DNA of 64,000 bases from Thermodesulfobacteriota bacterium (GTDB lineage Bacteria > Desulfobacterota > Desulfarculia > JACQYL01): the NCBI GenBank assembly GCA_963675595.2, contig CAXXLZ010000003.1, forward strand, positions 1-64,000. Reading direction: 5' to 3'. The notes beneath the pieces were generated by a model. The model ran no database searches. It was not told where the DNA came from and saw only the letters and a list, made by a program, of their open reading frames with translations. Positions within the stretch are counted from its first letter, which is position 1, and every line of letters begins with the position of its first letter. The translations under genes were made by a program, and so were the position numbers. Of the stretch, positions 55,319 through 64,000 are shown one piece after another.

Positions 55319-55825
55319 ATGGGAGAAGCGGATCGATTGGGCCGGGAGTTTTTGACCTGGCTGTGGCGGGTGAGCGAGGAACGCGGCGGGAGCGTGTTCG
55401 TACCGGAATCCGGGGACGTGAGCATTGTGTTTCAGAAGCGCGTGATCCTGGAATCCGGAGAAGGCGACTACACGGAAACGGTGTCCTGTCAGGGGTTTCA
55501 CGCCACGTTGGAAGAGGGCAAGGCGGCCCTTAGGCAGGGGAAGAAGGTGCGGGAAGCCCGGATTCTCATGGGGCTGGGCGACCACGAGTGGGAATTCACC
55601 TTCAAGGCGGATCAGTTTCAGTTCCAGTCCGTGAGACCGCCCAAGACCTTCGGCCGGTCCGAAGACGAAGACGACCTGGAAGGGCGGGTGCTGGAACGCA
55701 TCAGCCTCATGGAGGAACCCAAAAAAGTCATGGAACGCCTGTTTACGGAATTCCTGCGCCGACGCCTGGACCCCGCCTGGATCAGCGAGGAAATACCGAA
55801 ATTGGAGCGGTGGGCGAGTTCGTGA
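55319..55825 (+). CDS. Probable partner of the RdgC-like gene (C-terminal half type)
   Basis: LGREFLTWLW...EGKAALRQGKKV..AR; my recollection is that this type normally neighbours the 53101 gene type. Confidence 0.65.
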   Translation: MGEADRLGREFLTWLWRVSEERGGSVFVPESGDVSIVFQKRVILESGEGDYTETVSCQGFHATLEEGKAALRQGKKVREARILMGLGDHEWEFTFKADQFQFQSVRPPKTFGRSEDEDDLEGRVLERISLMEEPKKVMERLFTEFLRRRLDPAWISEEIPKLERWASS

Positions 55826-56113
55826 GTCGACTTTCGGGAGGCGTGGGTCCGGGAGGAACAGAGTCTGTCCGAGGCTTGGGATGTGTGGTCATTGGAAGCA
55901 GGTGTAGACGACACCTTGGAATCGCAGATGCGGGAACTCGACAGAGCGATTAGAGGGTTTGGAACGACAAGTGCCCAAACCCGGCATCAGGGCAAGGGAG
56001 CTGGAAGGGTGAGGCATGAGAGAATCGAAACTTGGATTGTAACGCCGAGTGTTGTCGGCTGCTATAAGCGGAACGCCATGTGATGATGCTCCAAGATATT
56101 TTGATATCTGTCC

Positions 56114-56731
56114 TTATGCTGCCCAAGGTTCAATCGCCACGAGTTGTCTCCTCACGAAATCGTATTCGTAGTGAAGCCTCGGATTCTTTTCAGCATTTTT
56201 CTGTGACAGAGAGCTCGGATTGTATTCAAAGTCGACCTTGAATTGCAGCTTGCATGGCACATTGTTGTTGTGGCCGATTTGGTTGATTTTCGGAATATCT
56301 ATTTTTTCACGTTCTAATAGGTCGGTTATCAAGAAATGGCCATCGAAGGCATGCAGCGGCGCAAGCTGCTTGATGGTCTCACCCGAATAGAACGGATAAG
56401 GTGGACGTACCTCAGAATCATTTAAGAATGGAGTTATCCTGACACGTGAATCAATTGACATTCTTGAGTGGTTGGTTAATCTTACTCTGATATCATATGG
56501 GGTATCCATCAGGTTATACAGCAGACATGATGCGCTCGGAGTTACCATATCTCTTGCTATCAAGTATGTATAATAAGTATACAATATTAATGTGCATAAA
56601 GTAGCCACGAGTGCAATATCTGCAATCTTTGGCAGCCATAGGGTTCCAAACCAAGCATCGCTTATCGAGGAAGCAATAGTAATTACCAACAATAAACCTG
56701 AGAATCCGAAAATCCATTTGTGATGTCTCAC
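56114..56731 (-). CDS. AT-rich hypothetical membrane protein
   Basis: 205-aa ORF with two N-terminal TMs and lower GC than the flanks. Confidence 0.6.
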   Translation of the reverse strand: MRHHKWIFGFSGLLLVITIASSISDAWFGTLWLPKIADIALVATLCTLILYTYYTYLIARDMVTPSASCLLYNLMDTPYDIRVRLTNHSRMSIDSRVRITPFLNDSEVRPPYPFYSGETIKQLAPLHAFDGHFLITDLLEREKIDIPKINQIGHNNNVPCKLQFKVDFEYNPSSLSQKNAEKNPRLHYEYDFVRRQLVAIEPWAA

Positions 56732-56807
56732 CGTGAAGTCCCTATTAAGAAGCGAAATTTATCCGAACCATAGAGGCGCTTTGCTACTATCGGTTCTTTA
56801 CTCTGTC

Positions 56808-58304
56808 TTACTTTGTCAGGAATTCGTGCGGCTGGATAGTGCTTTCATCCTTGAAAGCAGATTCGAATTGCTCCCGTGAGAGCCATACCTCTCTCAGATT
56901 TGTCCGGACGAGGAGGGCTCCTCTGAGATTAGCGCCTGACAAATCGGCCTCTCTAAGTGAGGCTCCGCTGAGTGAGGCTCCCCTCATATCTGCCCCTCCC
57001 AAATATGCCTTCTCCAAATGAGCCTCACTCAGATTGGCCCCAGCTAGAACAGCTCCTGCAAGATAAGTCTTTTCCAGATGGGCTTCACTCAGATTCGCCT
57101 TCCTTAGATCTGCACTACTTAGATAGGCGCCCCAAAGATCGGCAGCGAACAGTCTGGTCTCATCCAGCTTGGCACCCCACAGATCGGCTGAACGTAAATC
57201 AGCCCCATCCATATCAGCCCTCGTCAGCTTGGCTTTCCTAAGGTCGGCCGCACATAAGCGGGCCCCCCTTAATTTGCTCTCCCACAGGTCGGCACCGCAT
57301 AGGTCGACACCACTTAGATCGGCTTTCGTCAGATCGGCTTTCGTCAGATCGGCTCTCGATAGAATAGCTCTTCTAAGATCACACCCGGACATATCCATAC
57401 CACCCAAATTTGGAGGTTCTCCGTCATGCCCGAATAGACGCAGATATGCCAAAGCAGCTCCGCTCACATCGATGCTTAAGTCTTCTCCCTCGCCGTACTT
57501 TTTTTTCCGCCTGGCGATGACGGTCATGGCCGCCTGGACATCCGTGTCCAGCTTCGCTACGAAGCCTTCTTCGGAGGGCCCTTCGGCCGTGTGATGAGCT
57601 TCTGCTTGCTTCTCAAGACGAGTCCGATGGGGCTTCTCTCTGGGGGCCAGCTCTGTGTCGCAGGAGGGTCTTTTCCTGTTGGCGCTCTCTCGGACAAAGG
57701 CGGAAAGCACTTCCATGACTGTCCAATAGTCCTTGTCCGAGTCCCTGGAAATGCGCTCCAGGGCATAAATGCCTCCAAGTCGTACCTGCATTTTGTCGCT
57801 TCCGAGTTGATCCACGGCGGATTTGAAGCGATCAGTGATTTGGCCTTCCTGCTCGGTCACGAGTTGGTTATAACCGATGAAGAGGGTGATGAGAATAAAA
57901 CCACCGCCCAATATCTTGGCCCAGGTATCCCGAATGTCATTCCGCAGACGTGCAGCGGGTTCGGGATCGAGGCCCATTCGGCTGACTGCCAAGTGCGGGT
58001 ATAGGCAAAGGAACAGAATGGCGGCCACCAACACCGATATGGCCTTGGAAATGATGTCCAATTCAAAGATTGTCGCTATCATTTGGTGCAGCATGGATGA
58101 ACACCAACTATCCACTTCAAGTCGGCTATCCCAAGCGATGAGGCCCGCCGTAGCCGTCACCAGGAACAAATGGTAAGTGAGAAGAGGCCGTTCCCTCATC
58201 CGAGCCCACACCCCCGCTTTCCTGGCTGGCGCTGACCCCAGTTCGTTGGTCTGATTTCCTGCGGGGTCCGTTTCGTTCTCTTTTGGTTTGGTGTCCCGAC
58301 ACAT
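56808..58304 (-). CDS. Membrane-anchored pentapeptide repeat protein
   Basis: TMs; QITDRF..AVDQLGS....RLGGIYALERI; many A(D/N)Lxx repeats. Confidence 0.88.
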   Translation of the reverse strand: MCRDTKPKENETDPAGNQTNELGSAPARKAGVWARMRERPLLTYHLFLVTATAGLIAWDSRLEVDSWCSSMLHQMIATIFELDIISKAISVLVAAILFLCLYPHLAVSRMGLDPEPAARLRNDIRDTWAKILGGGFILITLFIGYNQLVTEQEGQITDRFKSAVDQLGSDKMQVRLGGIYALERISRDSDKDYWTVMEVLSAFVRESANRKRPSCDTELAPREKPHRTRLEKQAEAHHTAEGPSEEGFVAKLDTDVQAAMTVIARRKKKYGEGEDLSIDVSGAALAYLRLFGHDGEPPNLGGMDMSGCDLRRAILSRADLTKADLTKADLSGVDLCGADLWESKLRGARLCAADLRKAKLTRADMDGADLRSADLWGAKLDETRLFAADLWGAYLSSADLRKANLSEAHLEKTYLAGAVLAGANLSEAHLEKAYLGGADMRGASLSGASLREADLSGANLRGALLVRTNLREVWLSREQFESAFKDESTIQPHEFLTK

Positions 58305-58337
58305 TTCGGTCTCCTCGGGCTGGATTCCGGAACGTTA

Positions 58338-59420
58338 TTAGGGTGGGGGTTCCACCGTATTCCCGGGTTCGAGGAATTCCTCGGGAAGGATAGTGTGTTC
58401 GTCCGTGATAGCGGATTCGTATTGTCTGCGGGTCAACTTGGCCCCTGTTAGATCGGAGGACCTAAGATCAGCCTCGGTAAGATCGGCCCATCTCAGATCG
58501 GACTCTTTGAGATCGGCTCCAATCAGCCTAGCCCTTCGTAGATCGGCCCTAATGAGCGTGGCGTTCCTGAAATGGCCCCTCATCAACTCGGCCCAATTTA
58601 GATCTGCTCCACTAAGCGTGGCCCCGGACATATCTGCTCCGACCAGGATGGCCTCTCTAAGATCGGCCCCAGTCAAGCATGCTTTCCTAAGATCGCTGCC
58701 GGACAGGTCTACTCCCCGCAAATTAGAAACTCTTTGATCGAAGTCGTCTAGACGAACGTGCGGCAGAGCTGTACTTCTCAGGTCGAGGGGCAGGTCTTCT
58801 CCACTCCCGTATTTCAGTCTTCTTCTGGCAATGACCGTCAAGGCTGCCTGAATGTCCGCACGCACGGCCGGGATGGGTGCTTCGTCCGGAGGGATCAGGG
58901 GCTCGTTTTCGGCGTGTCCGGGTTCTTCCGCCTCCTCTCGTTTGGCGTTCTCCCGAACAAAGGCCGAAAGCACTTCCATGACGGTCCAATAGTCTTTCTC
59001 CGAGTCCTTAGAGATGCGCTCCAGGGCATAGATGCCGCCCAGCCTGATTTCCATTTTCGGGCTGCCGAGCTGATCGATGGCTCGGGTGAACCGATCGGTA
59101 ATTTGGCCTTCCTGCTCAGTCTTGAGCCGATGATAGCCGATAAACAGGGTGATGAGAATGAAAGCCCCGCCGAAAACCTGGGCCCAGGTGGCCCGCGTTT
59201 CATTTTCGAGTTTGATCGCCTCGCCTTCGTAGAGATGGAGTTCGGCAATTCGTGAAGGGGGAAAAATAAATATATAATAGACGGCGAATCCGGTGACGGT
59301 AAGTACCAGCACGATGCCCAGAGGTTTCTTTAGACGAGACCACGCCTTCCTTACAGTCCGGCTCACCCGTTGGCTGCCGGACCACAGGCTGCGCTTTGCC
59401 TTTTCCAAGAACGCCTTCAT
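58338..59420 (-). CDS. Membrane-anchored pentapeptide repeat protein (paralog)
   Basis: Same central domain, fewer repeats. Confidence 0.88.
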   Translation of the reverse strand: MKAFLEKAKRSLWSGSQRVSRTVRKAWSRLKKPLGIVLVLTVTGFAVYYIFIFPPSRIAELHLYEGEAIKLENETRATWAQVFGGAFILITLFIGYHRLKTEQEGQITDRFTRAIDQLGSPKMEIRLGGIYALERISKDSEKDYWTVMEVLSAFVRENAKREEAEEPGHAENEPLIPPDEAPIPAVRADIQAALTVIARRRLKYGSGEDLPLDLRSTALPHVRLDDFDQRVSNLRGVDLSGSDLRKACLTGADLREAILVGADMSGATLSGADLNWAELMRGHFRNATLIRADLRRARLIGADLKESDLRWADLTEADLRSSDLTGAKLTRRQYESAITDEHTILPEEFLEPGNTVEPPP

Positions 59421-59602
59421 GGTTTCCGCTCCCCAATGTTTCACCCACCCCACGCACAGCCCGCCCTTGGCGAAAACGGTATTGGACGAATCCGGCGATG
59501 TCAAGAAGGAATATCCATTCTCGCCCATGGCGGGGCATGGTCACTAGAATACCTACAAACAAGAAGGTCTTGGGGCGCGTATCGGATAGGATATCTGATT
59601 TC

Positions 59603-59864
59603 TGCAAAAAAGCGGAGGCAGTCTGCCGGCAGGCCCGCCCGGGGAGCCGCTCCGCCGAAGGCGGTGCGGCCACACCATCAAAATTTGCGGGGGGTCCGGG
59701 GGGCGCTTTTTAAAGCGCCCCCCGGTGTCTTCTGAATTGGCTTTATGCGGCGCAAAAAACCGAAGACCGGCGGGAGGCCGGCCTTCGGCTGGTGTGTTCC
59801 TTGGATTACAGAGCACGTCGCAGTGACGAGGGATGAAGCGCAACGCAGCAGATCGCGTTTTGCA
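59603..59864 (+). repeat. Composite MITE-like element containing repeat copy E
   Basis: Core AGCCGCTCCGCCGAAGGCGGTGCGGC (59645-59670); hairpin CCGGGGGGCGCTTT/AAAGCGCCCCCCGG; imperfect outer IR TGCAAAAAAGCG...CGCGTTTTGCA. Confidence 0.6.
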
Positions 59865-59872
59865 TCAACCTG

Positions 59873-62413
59873 TCAGAAGCCTTCGCGTTTCTCCTTCCCG
59901 GCGGCCAGAGGAATGTCCAGGGCCTGGGAGGTGGCGATGGTGATGCTGCGCATGTCCTCGGGTTCGAGGTTGTGCACGAAGGTCTTGCCCGTGCAGCGGG
60001 CGATGATGGCCGTTTCCTGGGCCGTGCCTTTGATCCAATGCTCTACGGCGCGTGCGCGGTCTTCGCGGCTGGTATCGCCGGTGAACTTCATGGAGCCGTC
60101 GGCGATCATGCCGCCCATGGCGATGGCCATGGCCACGGAGAAGATGCCTGCGTTGCAGTTGATGGCCAGGGCCTTGGCCACGTCCGTGCCGGACCGCAAT
60201 CCGCCGAAATAGAGCAGGGCGATTTCTTCTTCCATGTTCATGCGTCGGAGGATGCGGATGGCGTCGCGCATGACCGTGAGGTCCGGGGCGCCCTTGAGTT
60301 CGGGCCAGGCCGTTTCGATGCCCGAGGTGCCGTCCAGGAGCAGGAAGTCGAACTTGTGATCCAGGGCGTAGGGAATGGCCTGCTCGAGGGCGGGAGCGGC
60401 CACGCTCAGGCCCAGGAGTTGATTTTCTTTGGCGCGCTTGAGTTCGACCTTCTTGAAGTCTTTACCCAGCACGTAGACCAGTCCGTCGGCGTCGGGGTCC
60501 GGGGTTTGCCGGTCCGGGGTGAGCAACTGGAGCCACATGGGTTTGTCGCCGTCGGGTCCCGCCTGGGGCAGGGGCTTGAATCCCACGTAGGCGGAACCGC
60601 TGTTCACCAGTCCTGCGGCCAGAGCCTGTTTGAGCTCGTCCGCGGCATCGTCGAACCCGGTGAACAGATAGGGCTGTTTCAGCTCGAGCTTGCCGGCGAG
60701 GACCGTGCGGGTGGAGCAGGCTTCCCGGTAGGGGTCGATGACCAGCCGGGTGAGGGCGGCGGACAGGAACACCACGTCGTCCAGGTGGGCCGGGCGGGTT
60801 TCCGGGAACGGGTTCTTTCTGGGTTTCAGTCGTTCGAGGGTGACCTGGCGGAGGATTTGGGCGTCGCCGGGTTCGGTGCGGGCCATGATGTGGATATGTT
60901 CCCGCGTGCGCCTCGAATAATCCGAATGGCCGGTTTCCGCGTCGCAGCGCAGGCATCGGAGAGCCTGTCGTTTAGCGGTATCCGCGTCGTAGGCCGTTTC
61001 GCACTCGGTCATGGCCGAGGGATCGCTTCCCACGCCCAGGAAAGGCTGTTCCTCTCTCGGGAGTTTTTCCCAGGCCGGGTCCTGAGCCAACGGGATTCTG
61101 CGGGTGCGGAAGGGGATGCTGTAGGGCAGGGGATTTTCCCTGCCTTCGAGAAAGGCGTGCACGTAGTAGGCCGCCCGGTGTCCTTGTCCCATGGCGGTCA
61201 CGATGGCGGAGGGACCGGAGGACGCGTCGCCGGCGGCGAACACCTTGGGATCGGAGGTGATCATGGTTTCCGCATCGGTGCGGACCAGGCCGCGCTGAAG
61301 CAGGCCGGTATTTTCCAGTTCCTCGTTTTGCGCCATCTGGCCGATGGCCAACAGCACGGCGTCCGCCTTGACGGTTTGGGTCTGTGACGGATCATACGTG
61401 GGGTTGAACCGGCCGTCGTAGTCGAAGACCGACTGACAGCGCATGAGCTCAACGCCCGTTACCTTGCCGTTTTCGCTGAGAATTTGCTTGACGCCCCAAG
61501 AGGGTACGATTTGGATGCCTTCTTTTTCGGCTTCTTCGATCTCGTGCTTCCACGCGGGCATTTCTTCCCGGGCTTCCAGGCAGTAGAGCTCGACCTTTTG
61601 CGCTCCGGCGCGGAGGGCGGTGCGGGCCATATCCATGGCCACGTTGCCGCCGCCGATGACCGCTGCGGTGCCGCTCAAGCCCACCTTGGCTCCGCCGCTC
61701 ATGTCCATGAGGAAGTCCAGTCCGTACAGTCCGGCCGGTTTTTCGGCTTCACCGGGCACGCCCAGGCGACGGTCGGTCCAGAGTCCGATGGAAAGCACCA
61801 CGGCGTCGTGGCGCTTTTTGAGTTCTTCCAGGGTGATGTCTTTGCCCAGTTTCCGGTTCAGATGGACCTTGATGCCCGGGCAGTGCGTCAGCAGGCGATC
61901 GAGGTCGTCCTGAATGGTGCTCTCGGGCAGACGGAAGCGGGGAATGACCCGCATCATGCCGCCGAGGCTCTCGCGGGCTTCATACACGTGGACTTCGTAG
62001 CCTTCGTGAGCGAGATCGTGAGCGGCCGTGAGACCCGCGGGACCGCCGCCGACGATGCCCACGGTCTTGGACTGGGTTACGCCGACTTCGGGAAAGCGGT
62101 AGTCATGGCCCAGTTGGTCCATGATGAAGCGCTTCAGGTTGCGGATGGTCACCGGGGCGTCGCTCTCGCCGCGCCGACATTGGGTTTCGCAGGGTTTGGC
62201 GCACACCCGTCCGCACACGGAGCTGAAAGGGTTGGTGGCGGTAATGACTTCGAGGGCTTCCTCGTACTTTCCTTCCCAGATCAAGCCGATGTAGGACGGG
62301 GCGTCGGTGCCCACCGGGCAGGCCTTCTGACAGGGAGCGGGAATCCACTGAATGTCCGGGTATTCATCGTAAAGCTTCACCGGGTCTAAGGCCGGAATTC
62401 TTGCATTTGCCAT
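59873..62413 (-). CDS. GltD-like Fe-S/FAD oxidoreductase fused to a divergent glutamate-synthase FMN barrel
   Basis: CQKACP, CGRVCAKPCETQC, GGGPAG, GGGNVAMD, RCLRC; C-terminal GGLRSGTDVAKALA...ARCTGK..VHNLEPED. Confidence 0.85.
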   Translation of the reverse strand: MANARIPALDPVKLYDEYPDIQWIPAPCQKACPVGTDAPSYIGLIWEGKYEEALEVITATNPFSSVCGRVCAKPCETQCRRGESDAPVTIRNLKRFIMDQLGHDYRFPEVGVTQSKTVGIVGGGPAGLTAAHDLAHEGYEVHVYEARESLGGMMRVIPRFRLPESTIQDDLDRLLTHCPGIKVHLNRKLGKDITLEELKKRHDAVVLSIGLWTDRRLGVPGEAEKPAGLYGLDFLMDMSGGAKVGLSGTAAVIGGGNVAMDMARTALRAGAQKVELYCLEAREEMPAWKHEIEEAEKEGIQIVPSWGVKQILSENGKVTGVELMRCQSVFDYDGRFNPTYDPSQTQTVKADAVLLAIGQMAQNEELENTGLLQRGLVRTDAETMITSDPKVFAAGDASSGPSAIVTAMGQGHRAAYYVHAFLEGRENPLPYSIPFRTRRIPLAQDPAWEKLPREEQPFLGVGSDPSAMTECETAYDADTAKRQALRCLRCDAETGHSDYSRRTREHIHIMARTEPGDAQILRQVTLERLKPRKNPFPETRPAHLDDVVFLSAALTRLVIDPYREACSTRTVLAGKLELKQPYLFTGFDDAADELKQALAAGLVNSGSAYVGFKPLPQAGPDGDKPMWLQLLTPDRQTPDPDADGLVYVLGKDFKKVELKRAKENQLLGLSVAAPALEQAIPYALDHKFDFLLLDGTSGIETAWPELKGAPDLTVMRDAIRILRRMNMEEEIALLYFGGLRSGTDVAKALAINCNAGIFSVAMAIAMGGMIADGSMKFTGDTSREDRARAVEHWIKGTAQETAIIARCTGKTFVHNLEPEDMRSITIATSQALDIPLAAGKEKREGF

Positions 62414-62427
62414 GGTATTCAAGCTCC

Positions 62428-64000
62428 TTAGTGTGTGCTCGTGGGACCGAATTGTTCACGATACTCGGGCGCGTAGGGCAGCCGGGTCATGGCGGCGGCT
62501 TCTGGCGTGAGGGCCACCATGTCTTTCCGGGAGAGCTGCCTGATGTCTTCATATCCCAACGCGTGAACGATGGCCGCGATCTGCCAACGGATGGCTTCCA
62601 GATAGCGGTGCACCATCAGGGCACGGCGTTCGATCTCGAAGCGCTCCACGTGATCCTTGTCCTGGGTCGCGGCTCCGATGAAGCATCTGCCCACGCTGCA
62701 CTGCATACAGGTGATGCAGCCGGCCGCGATGAGGGTCGAGGTGCCCAGGCCCACGGCGGCGGCGCCCAGAGCCACGGCTTTGGCGGTGTCCACGCCGTCT
62801 TTGACTCCTCCCATGAGCACGACGGGGAGTTGACCTTTGGCGTCGATTTCCTCCAGTCCGTCCAGGGCTTCCTGGATGGCCGCGAGGGTGGGGATCCCCA
62901 CGTATTCGAGTACTTCGTTACCGGCCGCTCCCGTACCGCCCTGCAATCCGTCCAGCTCGATGAAGTCCAGGCCGTCCTTGAGGGCGATCTTGATGTCGTC
63001 GCGAATGCGTCCCGCGCCCAGCTTGATGCTGATGGGAACACGCCAGCCCACGGCTTCACGGAATTCCTGCACCTTCATGATGAGGTCGTCTCCACCCAGA
63101 ATATCGGGATGGCGCGACGGAGACCGGAGGTCCATGTACGCGGGAATGCCGCGAATGGCCGCGATTTCTTCGGTGAGCTTTTCCGCCATGAGCTGTCCGC
63201 CGAGGCCGGGTTTAGCTCCCTGGGAAATGTAGATTTCCAGTCCGTCGGAGCGCTTCATGTCGTGGACGTTCCAGCCGAGACGTCCGGGGAGGCATTGAGC
63301 GATGAGCTGTCTGGCCTCGGCGCGTTCGGCGGAGAGCATGCCGCCCTCACCGGAGTTTTCGGAGATGCCCGAAAGACGGGAGGCGATGCCCAGGGCCGTT
63401 TTCATCTGGCCGCTCAGGGCTCCGAAACTCATGGGGGCGATCATGACGGGCATGCTCAGGTCCAGAGCCTTGCCGCCGTGCTTGTCGCCGATGAAGGTGC
63501 GGAGATTCACTTTGGACACCACGTCCGGGTCGCTGCCGATCTTGGACAGGTCCGCTTTGAAGGCGACGTCCGGGAAGTGGGGTATATGGCGGGCGGCGCC
63601 GTAGCCGCGGATGCGATAGCGTCCGATGATGGACTTGACGCGGATGTCTTCCTGAACCTTGGGGTTCCAGTAATCCTCGGCGCCGCCGGAAAAACTGTAA
63701 AAAGGCATGTTGCGGATGCGGGGTTCCGGATTGGCGTATCGGAGGAGCTTGCCCGCGCAGACGATTTTCTTGAATTTGCCGCCTTTGTAAGGGATGTCGA
63801 ACCGGTCCAGGAACTCCATGACGCTGTCCTGGTCGCGGGATTCGATGTCCACAAGCTGGGCGTCGTTGCCGAGGGACTGGACATTGCCCCCCACGTAGAT
63901 TTCGCCGCCCATCATGTCTTCGCCGACTTTTTCTCCGGAGTTTCCCACGATGATGAGGCGGCCGCCGTACATCATGTAGCCGGCCATGAAGTTGGAGTTC
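62428..64000 (-). CDS. GXGXG domain plus FMN-binding glutamate synthase family protein (5' end outside the window)
   Basis: GYMMYGG..IIVGN.G..VG..MMGG; APMSFGALS, NSGEGG, QGAKPGLGG, SPSRHPD, DGLQGGTGA, CITCMQCSVGRC. Confidence 0.88.
   Translation of the reverse strand, partial: NSNFMAGYMMYGGRLIIVGNSGEKVGEDMMGGEIYVGGNVQSLGNDAQLVDIESRDQDSVMEFLDRFDIPYKGGKFKKIVCAGKLLRYANPEPRIRNMPFYSFSGGAEDYWNPKVQEDIRVKSIIGRYRIRGYGAARHIPHFPDVAFKADLSKIGSDPDVVSKVNLRTFIGDKHGGKALDLSMPVMIAPMSFGALSGQMKTALGIASRLSGISENSGEGGMLSAERAEARQLIAQCLPGRLGWNVHDMKRSDGLEIYISQGAKPGLGGQLMAEKLTEEIAAIRGIPAYMDLRSPSRHPDILGGDDLIMKVQEFREAVGWRVPISIKLGAGRIRDDIKIALKDGLDFIELDGLQGGTGAAGNEVLEYVGIPTLAAIQEALDGLEEIDAKGQLPVVLMGGVKDGVDTAKAVALGAAAVGLGTSTLIAAGCITCMQCSVGRCFIGAATQDKDHVERFEIERRALMVHRYLEAIRWQIAAIVHALGYEDIRQLSRKDMVALTPEAAAMTRLPYAPEYREQFGPTSTH

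Noticed and set aside
56830-57400. CRISPR-like periodic repeats
   Set aside because: The 15-bp periodicity is the coding pentapeptide repeat. There are no spacers or cas genes.

Overview
GC-rich chromosomal window from a Desulfobacterota (deltaproteobacterial) genome, judged from gene order and protein families. It holds two housekeeping blocks (rpsF-rpsR-DUF2232-rplI-dnaB and rlmE-yebC-ruvCAB) among accessory regions with recent mobile-DNA activity. An IS3/IS407-type element splits a chemoreceptor gene, a group II intron sits antisense inside trkH, an IS1380 is nested in an IS4, and a second IS4 sits inside a hairpin repeat. Both ends of all five can be read from the sequence, and all four IS elements have target duplications. 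The least-explained content is (i) a cluster of three paralogous secreted Cys-rich 4xIg-like proteins around an FGE/CLec-fold protein, (ii) a tandem 'GxWK' beta-rich module shared by two otherwise different secreted proteins about 32 kb apart, (iii) a modular intergenic hairpin repeat family with compensatory base changes, and (iv) a rearranged glutamate-synthase-like enzyme pair. No tRNA, rRNA or CRISPR array was seen. All calls come from reading the sequence by eye; no searches were run.
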